Shown in pieces: positions 1-10,812 of a stretch of DNA of 64,000 bases. The position numbers were made by a program, and so were the translations under genes. How positions within the stretch are numbered: position 1 is the first letter of the stretch; each line of letters begins with the position of its first letter. The DNA is from Dipteris shenzhenensis. Its lineage: Eukaryota. The stretch lies in NCBI GenBank assembly GCA_047967505.1, contig CM106538.1. One strand, 5' to 3'. Below the pieces are notes generated by a model that searched no databases, was not told where the DNA came from, and saw only the letters and a list, made by a program, of their open reading frames with translations.

Positions 1-1405
1 ATTGATCTACGTGATCAGCTCGCAAGTATTGATGAGGAAATAGAAGACAAGAAGCTCGTCTCTATTACTCTCAATAGCATAGCGGCCTCATATGGCACAT
101 TCGTCACTTCATTAACCATCGTTCTCAGGGCAGTCCCACTCTCGTTCGATGAGTTAGTTGGGCTTTTGTTGCAGGAAGATAAGAGATGCTCAAATTTTGC
201 CAAAGCCTCTCATTAGGGTGAGCAAGCGCTTGCCATGGGCGGAAAAGGTAAATTTCAGAAAAAGCTTGAGCCAAAACACAGCCATACAACTCAGCCCAAG
301 GAGGGGAATGCAAACAGTTCAAGCAAAAATCAGAAAAAGGGCAAATACAATTATTCCAAGAAGCCAGGGCATTACATCGCAGAGTGTCAGAAAAGGATTG
401 CCAATGAAAAGAAGAGGCAAAGTGACAGCTGTAGCAGTAGTTTTGTTGGCCCCACTGAAACTCGTGCTTCAGATGCACATGGTGAAGCTCATCTTGCCCA
501 AGGTGATAGAGATTTTGTGTTTGCTGCATTTAATGAGGAGATGGATGCCAGGGGGGATTTGATTGCTGAAAATCAATCAGGGGATGCTTCCCTTGTTGCA
601 AGTGATACATGGTATATCGACAGTGGTGCTACTAAGCACATGACTCCTCGCCAGGAGTGGTTTGAGAGCATCACACCTGTTCATGGCAGACAGGTTACCT
701 GTGCCAATGATGCTTCTCAAGACATCATCAGAGTTGGGCACATTCCCATTCAGCTTGATAATGGGAAAGTTAAGTATATCCGAGATGTTTGGTATGTTCC
801 AGAGTTGAGGCAAAATCTGATTTCAGTTTCAAATATTGCCCATGATCAACATATGTTGGTCGAATTTCAGGATAACCAATGCAGGATCAAGGATCCAAAG
901 AAAGGGTATGAGGTTGTAGCAACAGGCACATATGACAGAGGCTTATACAAGCTTGATGCTCAGCCTTATGATCAAAAGGTATTGGCTGTAGCAAACACTT
1001 CCCAGGCTTATTTATGGCATGCCAGGTTTGGACATGTCCATCATAGGGCATTGTCCTACTTGTACAACAATAATATGACTCAGAGAATGCCAAAATTACA
1101 GCAACCAGCAAATGAAGTGTGTGAGAGGTGTGCACTTGGCAAATTGCATCGCTTGCCATTCAATAAACAAGGCAAGAATTAGGTCAAGGCAACCAGAGTG
1201 TTGCAGATAGTGCATAGTGATGTATGTGGCCCCATGACTATTCCCACGCATAGAGGAGCAAGGTACCTTGTGACCTTTATAGATGACTTCTCTAGGTTCA
1301 CATGGATTTTTCTCATGAAGGAAAAATCTGAGGTGTTGTATTGGTTTCAGGGGTTCAAAGCTAAGGTTGAGAACCAAACCAATTCTAGAATTGGAACACT
1401 CAACT
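1..1405 (+). mobile_element. Ty1/Copia gag-pol fragment (gag C-terminus, degenerate Zn knuckle, protease, GAG-pre-integrase, integrase N-terminus); runs off window start, truncated in integrase
   Basis: ORF 235-1182 has protease WYIDSGATKHM, LWHARFGH and CERCALGK; ORF 1198 onward has HSDVCGP and FIDDFSRFTW. Stop at 1180-1182 where the 23435-28294 copy has Trp. Confidence 0.95.
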
Positions 1406-2671
1406 GCCTATCAATCTCTTCGAGGGTAGAGGGCGGAACCCTTCGAAGAGTGTTCCTGAAGCTCCCCCAAGCTTTTAGGATGGCAGTCATGAGAGGAGAG
1501 GCAGGAGATCTGAGAGAGGCGGAAGTAAAAATCCAGCGAGGACTGTCCACCCAATCATCTCCCAAGGTAGGTGTGCAAGCTTGAATGCGTCCAAAAAAGA
1601 AATCCTTCCAAGGTTGTTGCCTAGGCACGAGTCCCCTCACCACCACCTTACAGAGCAATGCCCTACACTGCAAGTCCGGGTCAATGATATTAAGGCCCCC
1701 TTCACATGTAGGGAGAATAATGGTCTCCAAGGCCACCCTCATTGCAACATCTGTCGTGCCATCAAGTCCACTCCATAAAAGATTCCTGAGTGGTCTAATG
1801 AGCTGAATGATGCAATCCCTAGACCGGCACCAGCAATAACACACAAACCAGGCGGTGGCCAAAAGAACCTGGTTCTACTACCACAACTCTAGATGCAAGG
1901 TCAAGTTTGGCTGAGCTCCAGAATAGGAGCTTTTTCCTTATACTTTCTAGTACTGGGGCAAACCGCTGTGCTGGAGAGATGCCCAATCCTACCTAGCATC
2001 CCAAATATCTGACAGGAACACCCCTCTGAATCTAGGAAAAGCCAATGTGAACTCCCTAGCCTGGAGTTTCCTCATCACTGATCCAAAAGCCAAAGGATTT
2101 ATGCAAATTAATGTGTGCCCCTGCAGCTGAGCAAAAGATATCCAAGGCTGTTCGGAAAGAATTAAGTGACTGCGAAGAGGCCTCAATAAAAATAGCAGTG
2201 TCATCAGCCAACTTATAGTCAAGAAGCTCCTGCTCCTGTCTCAAGGGCAATCTCAGTCCATAAAGCTCAGCCTGAGATCTAAGGAAGCTACTTATAGCTT
2301 CTGCCACAAAAAGAAAGAGGAAGGGGGCTAAAGGGCATCCTTGATGAACTGATTTGGAAATCTTAAACCTCTCTCCCCTTACCCCTCCAATCAAAACCTG
2401 GCTGTGGGCTGATCTGTAAAGGGAGGCCACCCCTCTAATCCATGCATCTGAAAATCCAAATCGTAGAAGAGTGCCCTCAAGAGAACCCAATCTACTCTGT
2501 CATAGGCTTTCTTAAAGTCCAAGATTAGAACTGCCAGCTTTTGCCCGCTCTGCATAGCCCACTCTGTGGCTTCCCAAAAGGAAAATATATTATCAAATAT
2601 GCTCCTGCCATGCACCAAGCCTGTCTGAGTATCATGGATGAGGTCTGGAAGAAGGGGCTGCAATCGGATGC
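1404..2671 (-). mobile_element. LINE-A copy 1 (L1 clade), RT part of ORF2, degenerate and 3'-truncated
   Basis: ILDFKKAYDRVDW, QGCPLAP, LADD, GGLNIIDP; colinear with 16091-17358 of copy 2; frameshifted. Confidence 0.95.
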
Positions 2672-3744
2672 TGTCTGAGGGGGGGGTTCCTAACACTTCC
2701 GGAAGTATTACCGGAGGCCTAGGGCCACTGGTGCGAGAAGTGAGTAAGACGTGCCATAAGTGTCACTGATGGTACTTAGGTGAGTGCTTGTCGATGGTGT
2801 CAACTATGTGCAAGCGGTGGATGGTGTCAACTATGTGCAAGCGGTACAAGTGCGGAAGTGATGTGAGCAAGAAGAAGACCAAGGCGGAACAACATCATGA
2901 AAGCCATCCCTCGACATGAACAGCAAGGAACTTCAACCACATGACACAGGTTCGTTGTACCAGGTGAAGGGAGAGGAGGGGAGGAGAACACAACGAAAAG
3001 AGATTTTAGAGTAGCGAGCAGAGATGGGAAGTAGCATAACTCATTAGAAAAGCAGGATGACTGATACACTCCCCGAAGATACACACGAGGCGAGCTCTTG
3101 ACTCTAGCCTCTCACTCCTTCACTCCCGCCTCTCGTCCCTGCCAGAATGTCCCTCTCCTTTCCCCTTTTCCCCTCTTCACCTTCTCCTCCTCTGCTCCAC
3201 CCCCCGCTACCAATCTCCACACCTTCTTCCTATTGGTCGCCTTCTTGCACCCTTAGCCATCCTTAGCCATTCCACCGTTTGTGGGCCGCTCTGTCCTTGA
3301 TGGCTTCCGCAACACTCCAGCCTGTCCTAGGTCAGTGAATCCCGTGCTCCATGTGTTCTCCTGCGCTCCTGACACTAGTTGGTTGAGAGGGTTGGTGCAC
3401 CACCTATGCCTCTTAACTGTTGGACTGCTTCCCATGTGCACCAACAGGTGTATCCCGCGTACCATTGCTTCAATACTTCCTTATGATTGACTTTGACCAT
3501 GGTGAGTCGAGGTTGAGGTTTGGCACTCTTCAGTCATGTATTGCTTCCGTCATGTCCATGTCAAGTCCATGTCATGTCCAAGTCATGTCCATGTCATGTC
3601 CATGTCAAGTCCAAGATGTGAACACATGTGAACACGCTGCGACTAGGTATGACCAAGGTCTAACAACTTGGCATGTTGCTGAGGCGACCATGACGTGACC
3701 CAAGTGTGACTCTTGGTGGGTCGCCATAAACTTTGAGTACAACA
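2672..3744 (-). repeat. 3' LTR (1073 bp)
   Basis: TGTCTGAG...TACAACA; nearly identical to 9734-10807; PPT-like ATAGTGGCGGGGGATC on - strand at 3745-3760. Confidence 0.95.
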
Positions 3745-3851
3745 GATCCCCCGCCACTATCATTCACCGTCCCGGTGAATGACCTAGGATCTTGTGAGAG
3801 AAAGTTAAGTGTAAATTACAAATAAGAAAGTGACCTTGGGGTTGACATCCC

Positions 3852-3975
3852 AAAACTGAAAAGAAAGGGCTCATGGCCTTACAATTGTAAAACTGAAAAA
3901 AAAAAAAAGAAACTGGCTCATGGCCATACAACTGTAAAACTGAAAAAAAGAAACTGGCTCATAGCCATACAACTC
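3852..3975. repeat. Three imperfect ~40-bp tandem copies near the PPT
   Basis: AAAACTGAAAA(n)GAAA..GGCTCATRGCCWTACAA repeated three times. Confidence 0.75.
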
Positions 3976-4296
3976 CAAACTCCTTATTTACATGAGAATC
4001 CAAATGTACAGAGTTTGCAAAAAGATATGCCGAACTAAAAGATCCAGGAGCTACTGCTTGCTAGATGAAAGTCAGGGAGGGGGAGGGGGTGGGTGTGGTG
4101 GGTGTGTCTCCGTGGGCCCACCCGACCCTTCTGAATGTGGTCTCCGTGCAGAGGGGGTGTAATCGGAGCCCCCATGGTCAGAAGAGGAGGCATTGGAGCT
4201 CTGGGAGTGGAAAAGAACCCCCGCTGCTGTCTTGATTGCGGTGGCTCACCATCCGAGATGATAGTGATCTCCGGACCAAGATGGGAATGTATCACT

Positions 4297-4405
4297 GATG
4301 AAGTCGGTCCTGCTAATGAAGTCGGCCCTACCGATGAAGTTGGCCTTGCTGATGAAAGTAGCTCTGCTGATGAAGTCGGCCTAGCTGATGTAGTCAGCCC
4401 TGCTG
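4297..4405. repeat. 18-bp minisatellite, about 6 copies
   Basis: GATGAAGTCGGCCCTGCT-like units; gives PTSS/ARPTSS repeats in ORF 4035-4544. Confidence 0.8.
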
Positions 4406-4559
4406 AGGCTGGAGGCAGGGGTGAGGTCATGTGCACTGCAGAGGCTGCCTGAGACGTCATGGCGGTATAGAAAGGAATGAAGAGCTTATCTCTGGGCAAC
4501 CTTGGCTTATACTTAGACTTCTTCTCGAGCATGAAGAAGAACAAGAGGTAAAGTGTAAG

Positions 4560-6250
4560 CTAATGACGAAGCAGGAAAGGAAGCTGATGACGAAGCAGGA
4601 AGGTGAGTGATGACAAGGCAAGAAAGGAAGCAGGAAGGGAAGGGGAGCTGGTGACGAGGTAGGGGAGCTGCTGTCGAGGGCTTGAAGCAGGAAGGGAAGG
4701 GGAGCTAGTGACGAGGTAGGGGAGCTGCTGTCGAGGGCTTGAAGCAGGAAGGGAAGGGGAGCTGGTGACGAGGTAGGGGGGCTATTGTCGAGGCGTTGGC
4801 AAGCCCGCTGAGATAGAACGAGAGAGTGGGGTAGGTGGTGACAAGAGGGGGAGCTGATGGTGATGAGAAGGGAAGCTGATGGAGAAGCACGAAAGCTAGA
4901 AAGGAAGCAGGAAAGGAAGGGGCGTTAATGACGAGGCAAGAAGGAAGTTGGCCAAATGATAATCGAGAAGGGGAGTCGATGAGGAGGTCTAGAGAGGAAG
5001 CTGGCGAGGTGAGGAGGGGGGCTGGCCAGGTGATAACGAGAAGGGGAGTCGATGACGAGGTCCAGAGAGGAAGCTGGCGAGGTGCTAGTGAGGAGGGGAG
5101 CTGGCCAAGTGATAACAAGAAGGGGGAAGGAGAATTGCGATGAAGGGAGGGCTGCAGAGAAGGCGTTGGAGGGAAGGCTGCAGGGTTGTTGCAGGATGGC
5201 GATGGAGGGAAAGCTGTAAGGTGGCGATGGAGGGAGAGCCGTAGGGTGGCGATGGAGGGAGAGCCTGCAGGAGAAGGTTGTAGGAGGATTGCGATGGAGG
5301 GAGAGCTGTAGGGTGGCGATGGAGGGAGAGCCGTAGGGTGGCGATGGAGGGAGAGCCTGCAGGAGAAGGTTGTAGGAGGATTGCGATGGAGGGAGGCTGC
5401 AGGAGAAGGAGGAGGCTGCAGGAGGCTGCAGCAGGAGGGTTGCGATGCTGTAGGAGATATGCGATGGAGGGAGAAGGAGGGAGGCTGCAGGAGAAAGCGC
5501 TGGAGGGAGGCTGCAGGAGAAGGAGGGATGCAGGAGAAGGCGTTGGAGGGGAGGCTGCAGGCTGCAGCAGGAGGGTTGCGATGACAGTCTGCAGGAAATA
5601 TGCGATGGAGGGAGAAGGAGGGAGGCTGCAGGAGACTGCAGGAAATATGCGATGGAGGGAGAAGGAGGGAGGCTGCAGGAGAAAGCGCTGGAGGGAGGCT
5701 GCAGGAGAAGGAGGGAGGCTGTTGCGATGACAGTCTGCAGGAGATATGCGATGGAGGGAGAAGGAGGGAGGCTGCAGGAGAAAGCGCTGGAGGGAGGCTG
5801 CAGGAGAAGGAGGGAAGCTGCAGGAGAAGGAGGGAGGCTGTTGCGATGACAGTCTGCAGGAGATATGCGATGGAGGGAGAAGGAGGGAGGCTGCAGGAGA
5901 AAGCGCTGGAGGGAGGCTGCAGGAGAAGGAGGGAGGCTGCAGGAGAAGGAGGGAGGCTGTTGCGATGACAGTCTGAAGGAGATATGCGATGGAGGGAGAA
6001 GGAGGGAGGCTGCAGGAGAAAGCGCTGGAGGGAGGCTGCAGGAGAAGGAGGGAGGCTGCAGGAGAAGGAGGGAGGCTGTTGCGATGACAGTCTGAAGGAG
6101 ATATGCGATGGAGGGAGAAGGAGGGAGGCTGCAGGAGAAAGCGCTGGAGGGAGGCTGCAGGAGAAGGAGGGAGGCTGCAGGAGAAGGCGTTGGAGGGGAG
6201 GCTGCAGGCGAAGGAGGGATGCAGGAGAAGGCGTTGGAGGGGAGGCTGCG
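4560..6250. repeat. Purine-rich tandem array with ~20-bp GGAGGGAGGCTGCAGGAGAA core and 119-bp higher-order unit
   Basis: Matching ORF starts at 5746, 5865 and 5984 are 119 bp apart; ~57-bp triplication at about 4628-4790. Confidence 0.9.
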
Positions 6251-6393
6251 TATGATTTCGTTGTTTGGAGGGGGGGACAGCCATAAATACATAACCAAGA
6301 GATCCAACTTTAGAAAAGTAAGCCAAAAATAGCATGAGTGGGCTGCAAGATGCGGTGGAGGAGGTGGATGAGCTGATCCCAAGGATCCACGCT

Positions 6394-6480
6394 GAGTTTA
6401 GCCAGATGCTAAATATAGCAGTGGTTGGAATTAGGAGAGTTTAGCCAGATGCTAAATATAGCACTGGTTGGAATTGGGAG
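6394..6480. repeat. ~43-bp tandem duplication
   Basis: GAGTTTAGCCAGATGCTAAATATAGCA(G/C)TGGTTGGAATT occurs twice. Confidence 0.85.
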
Positions 6481-6769
6481 ATAAAGGACAGACGCTGAAT
6501 TTGGTGGCTAAATATAGCCTTGGTGGGAGGGGGTAGGTGAGAGAAAAAGCGGTGTGGGCAAGAGGAAATATTTGAATGAACACGGTGGGAAAATTGGAGT
6601 TTGAATTTTACTCTCTCTCTTGTATGGGATATTGGATCAGGGTGTTATAGAGGTGAATGAGGCTGAATGAGGCTGAAGGGGGATGAACCAAGGGTGAACC
6701 AAGGATGAACAAGGGGTGACCTTGGTGTGCCTATAGGTGACTGAGGGTGAAAGCGGCAAGAGGTGACCT

Positions 6770-9313
6770 AGGGTGGTGACCTAGGGTGAACAGGGGAGGA
6801 ACAAGGGGTGACATAAGGAGGAGCATAGGTGACAGAGAGTGAGCTTGGGGGGTGACATAGGAATGAACAAGGGTGAACTAGGAGTGCACAGAGGTGACCT
6901 GGGAGTGAACATGGGTGACAGAGAGGTGAACATGGGGAGTTGACATAGGAGTGAACAAGGGTGACCTGGAGGTGAACATGGGTGACAGAGAGGTGAACAT
7001 GGGTGACAGAGAGGTGCACATGGGGAGTTGACATAGGAGTGAACAGGGGTGACTGGAGGTGAACATGGGTGACAGAGAGGTGAACATGGGTGACAGAGAG
7101 GTGAACATGGGGAGTTGACAGAGGGGTGACCTGGAGGTGAACATGGGTGACAGAGAGGTGAACATGGGTGACAGAGAGGTGAACATGGGGAGTTGACAGA
7201 GGAGTGAACATGAGTTGACATAGGAGTGAATAGGGGTGACCTGGCAGTTAACAGGGGTGACCTGGCAGTTAACAGGGGTGACCTAGGAGTGAACATGGGT
7301 GACAGAGAGGTGAACATGGGGAGTTGACATAGGAGTGAACAGAGGTGAACAGGGGTGACCTGGGAGTGAACATGTGTGACAGAGAGGTGAACATGGGGAG
7401 TTGACAGAGGAGTGAACAGGAGTTGACAGAGGAGTGAACAGGGGTGACCTGGAGGTGAACATGGGTGACAGAGAGGTGAACATGGGTGACAGAGAGGTGA
7501 ACATGGGGAGTTGACAGAGGAGTGAACAGGAGTTGACATAGGAGTGAACAGGGGTGAACTGGGAGTGAACATGGGTGACAGAGAGGTGAACATGGGGAGT
7601 TGACATAGGAGTGAACAGGGGTGACCTGGAGGTGAACATGCGTGACAGAGAGGTGAACATGGGTGACAGAGAGGTGAACATGGGGATTTGACATAGGAGT
7701 GAACAGGGGTGACCTGGAGGTGAACATGGGTGACAGAGAGGTGAACATGGGTGACAGAGAGGTGAACATGGGGAGTTGACAGAGGAGTGAACAGGGTTGA
7801 CCTGGGAGTGAACAGGGGTGACCTGGGAGTGAACATGGGTGACAGAGAGGTGAACATGGGTGACAGAGAGGTGAACATGGGGAGTTGACAGAGGGGTGAC
7901 CTGGAGGTGAACATGGGTGACAGAGAGGTGAACATGGGTGACAGAGAGGTGAACATGGGGAGTTGACAGAGGAGTGAACATGAGTTGACATAGGAGTGAA
8001 CAGGGGTGACCTGGCAGTTAACAGGGGTGACCTGGCAGTTAACAGGGGTGACCTAGGAGTGAACATGGGTGACAGAGAGGTGAACATGGGGAGTTGACAT
8101 AGGAGTCAACAGGGGTGACCTAGAGGTGAACAGGGGTGACCTGGGAGTGAACATGGGTGACAGAGAGGTGAACATGGGGAGTTGACAGAGGAGTGAACAG
8201 GAGTTGACAGAGGAGTGAACAGGGGTGACCTGGAGGTGAACATGGGTGACAGAGAGGTGAACATGGGTGACAGAGAGGTGAACATGGGTGACAGAGAGGT
8301 GAACATGGGGAGTTGACAGAGGAGTGAACAGGAGTTGACATAGGAGTGAACAGGGGTGAACTGGGAGTGAACATGGGTGACAGAGAGGTGAACATGGGGA
8401 GTTGACATAGGAGTGAACAGGGGTGACCTGGAGGTGAACATGGGTGACAAAGAGGTGAACATGGGTGACAGAGAGGTGAACATGGGGATTTGACATAGGA
8501 GTGAACAGGGGTGACCTGGAGGTGAACATGGGTGACAGAGAGGTGAACATGGGGAGTTGACAGAGGAGTGAACAGGGGTGACCTGGGAGTGAACAGGGGT
8601 GACCTGGGAGTGAACATGGGTGACAGAGAGGTGAACATGGGGAGTTGACATAGGAGTGAACAGGGGTGACCTAGAGGTGAACAGGGGTGACCTAGGAGTG
8701 AACATGGGTGACAGAGAGGTGAACATGGGGAGTTGACAGAGGAGTGAACAGGAGTTGACATAGGAGTGAACAGGGGTGACATGGAGGTGAACAGGGGTGA
8801 CAGAGAGGTGAACATGGGTGACAGAGAGGTGAACATGGGGAGTTGACATAGGAGTGAACAGGGGTGACCTAGAGGTGAACAGGGGTGACCTGGGAGTGAA
8901 CATGGGTGACAGAGAGGTGAACATGGGGAGTTGACATAGGAGTGAACAGGGGTGACCTGGAGGTGAACATGGGTGACAGAGAGGTGAACATGGGTGACAG
9001 AGAGGTGAACATGGGGAGTTGACATAGGAGTGAACAGGGGTGACCTAGAGGTGAACAGGGGTGACCTGGGAGTGAACATAGGTGACAGAGAGGTGAACAT
9101 GGGGAGTTGACAGAGGAGTGAACAGGAGTTGACATAGGAGTGAAGGTGACATGGAGGTGAACAGGGGTGACAGAGAGGTGAACATGGGTGACAGAGAGGT
9201 GAACATGGGGAGTTGACATAGGAGTGAACAGGGGTGACCTAGAGGTGAACAGGGGTGACCTGGGAGTGAACATGGGTGACAGAGAGGTGAACATGGGGAG
9301 TTGACATAGGAGT
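6770..9313. repeat. ~2.5 kb modular minisatellite of 21-26 bp units sharing GTGAACA
   Basis: Units GGTGAACATGGGTGACAGAGA, GGTGAACATGGGGAGTTGACAWAGGA, GTGAACAGGGGTGACCTGG(G)A and GTGAACAGGAGTTGACAWAGGA in shuffled order. Confidence 0.97.
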
Positions 9314-9710
9314 GGGCTGCCTTGACCTTGATGAGTCCCTAAGGAGTCCTCATCCTTAGTACCCTCTTCTTTCACCTGTTCTCCGCTTTGCACTTCTTCT
9401 TCTCCGGAGTCCGGATCTGACCACCAGGGTTCCTGTTGGTCTAAGTCAATGAGAGTGTCGATGAAGTTACTTGCTCTGGCTACTGCTCCAATCGGCTCAC
9501 TTTGTGCTCGAGTTGAGGACTTCGCAAACTTACGTCGCACGTAATGCTTCTTGTACCTAGTTTGGTCTGCCGGAAGTCTTTTCTCCACTCTCCTCAAGTA
9601 CCTCCTAGTTCTCTCACTAGCTCCTTCAAATGTTTCAGAACTACTCGGCATAAGACCTCTCTCTAGGACCCTAGATCACCACTTCACTCGTGCTACTCAA
9701 CACCAGTAGT

Positions 9711-9728
9711 GTCCCACCGTGATCGCCA
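9711..9728 (-). promoter_or_regulatory. Primer-binding site TGGCGATCACGGTGGGAC (non-Met tRNA, possibly Arg)
   Basis: 18 nt starting TGG, 5 nt inside the 5' LTR; identical at 51704-51721. The tRNA identity is from memory and unchecked. Confidence 0.8.
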
Positions 9729-9733
9729 TAAAC

Positions 9734-10807
9734 TGTCTGAGGGGGGGGGTTCCTAACACTTCCGGAAGTATTACCGGAGGCCTAGGGCCACTGGTGCGAG
9801 AAGCGAGTAAGACGTGCCATAAGTGTCACTGATGGTACTTAGGTGAGTGCTTGTCGATGGTGTCAACTATGTGCAAGCGGTGGATGGTGTCAACTATGTG
9901 CAAGCGGTACAAGTGCGGAAGTGATGTGAGCAAGAAGAAGACCAAGGCGGAACAACATCATGAAAGCCATCCCTCGACATGAACAGCAAGGAACTTCAAC
10001 CACATGACACAGGTTCGTTGTACCAGGTGAAGGGAGAGGAGGGGAGGAGAACACAACGAAAAGAGATTTTAGAGTAGCGAGCAGAGATGGGAAGTAGCAT
10101 AACTCATTAGAAAAGCAGGATGACTGATACACTCCCCGAAGATACACACGAGGCGAGCTCTTGACTCTAGCCTCTCACTCCTTCACTCCCGCCTCTCGTC
10201 CCTGCCAGAATGTCCCTCTCCTTTCCCCTTTTCCCCTCTTCACCTTCTCCTCCTCTGCTCCACCCCCCGCTACCAATCTCCACACCTTCTTCCTATTGGT
10301 CGCCTTCTTGCACCCTTAGCCATCCTTAGCCATTCCACCGTTTGTGGGCCGCTCTGTCCTTGATGGCTTCCGCAACACTCCAGCCTGTCCTGGGTCAGTG
10401 AATCCCGTGCTCCATGTGTTCTCCTGCGCTCCTGACACTAGTTGGTTGAGAGGGTTGGTGCACCACCTATGCCTCTTAACTGTTGGACTGCTTCCCATGT
10501 GCACCAACAGGTGTATCCCGCGTACCATTGCTTCAATACTTCCTTATGATTGACTTTGACCATGGTGAGTCGAGGTTGAGGTTTGGCACTCTTCAGTCAT
10601 GTATTGCTTCCGTCATGTCCATGTCAAGTCCATGTCATGTCCAAGTCATGTCCATGTCATGTCCATGTCAAGTCCAAGATGTGAACACATGTGAACACGC
10701 TGCGACTAGGTATGACCAAGGTCTAACAACTTGGCATGTTGCTGAGGCGACCATGACGTGACCCAAGTGTGACTCTTGGTGGGTCGCCATAAACTTTGAG
10801 TACAACA
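9734..10807 (-). repeat. 5' LTR (1074 bp)
   Basis: By eye differs from 2672-3744 at 2741/9804, at 3329/10392 and by one G in the G-run. Confidence 0.95.
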
Positions 10808-10812
10808 GATGC

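Larger units (their letters stand above)
2672..10807 (-). mobile_element. Non-autonomous LTR retrotransposon (LARD-like, probably Gypsy-derived), 8136 bp, inserted in LINE-A copy 1
   Basis: Direct LTRs with TG..CA ends; 5-bp TSD GATGC at 2667-2671 and 10808-10812; empty site TCGGATGCTGATCGCC visible in LINE copy 2 at 17351; PBS and PPT set the - orientation; no protease, RT or integrase motifs seen inside. Confidence 0.95.

Noticed and set aside
1198-1584. Novel integrase fusion protein
   Set aside because: The C-terminal half is antisense LINE sequence read through a rearrangement junction.
2827-3698. Duplicated small genes (also 9890-10761)
   Set aside because: Chance ORFs inside the two LTRs.
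6768-9100. Long His/Cys/Pro-rich ORFs (e.g. 391 aa, 326 aa) as proteins
   Set aside because: They are open in all three - strand frames only because the repeat lacks stop codons; mixed 21/22/26-bp units shift frame continually.
6770-9313. CRISPR-like repeat-spacer array
   Set aside because: The sequence between GTGAACA cores is itself repeated (about four types), so there are no unique spacers; no cas genes; eukaryotic retroelement context.
9711-9728. tRNA gene
   Set aside because: Only 18 nt matching a tRNA 3' end including CCA; this is a primer-binding site.
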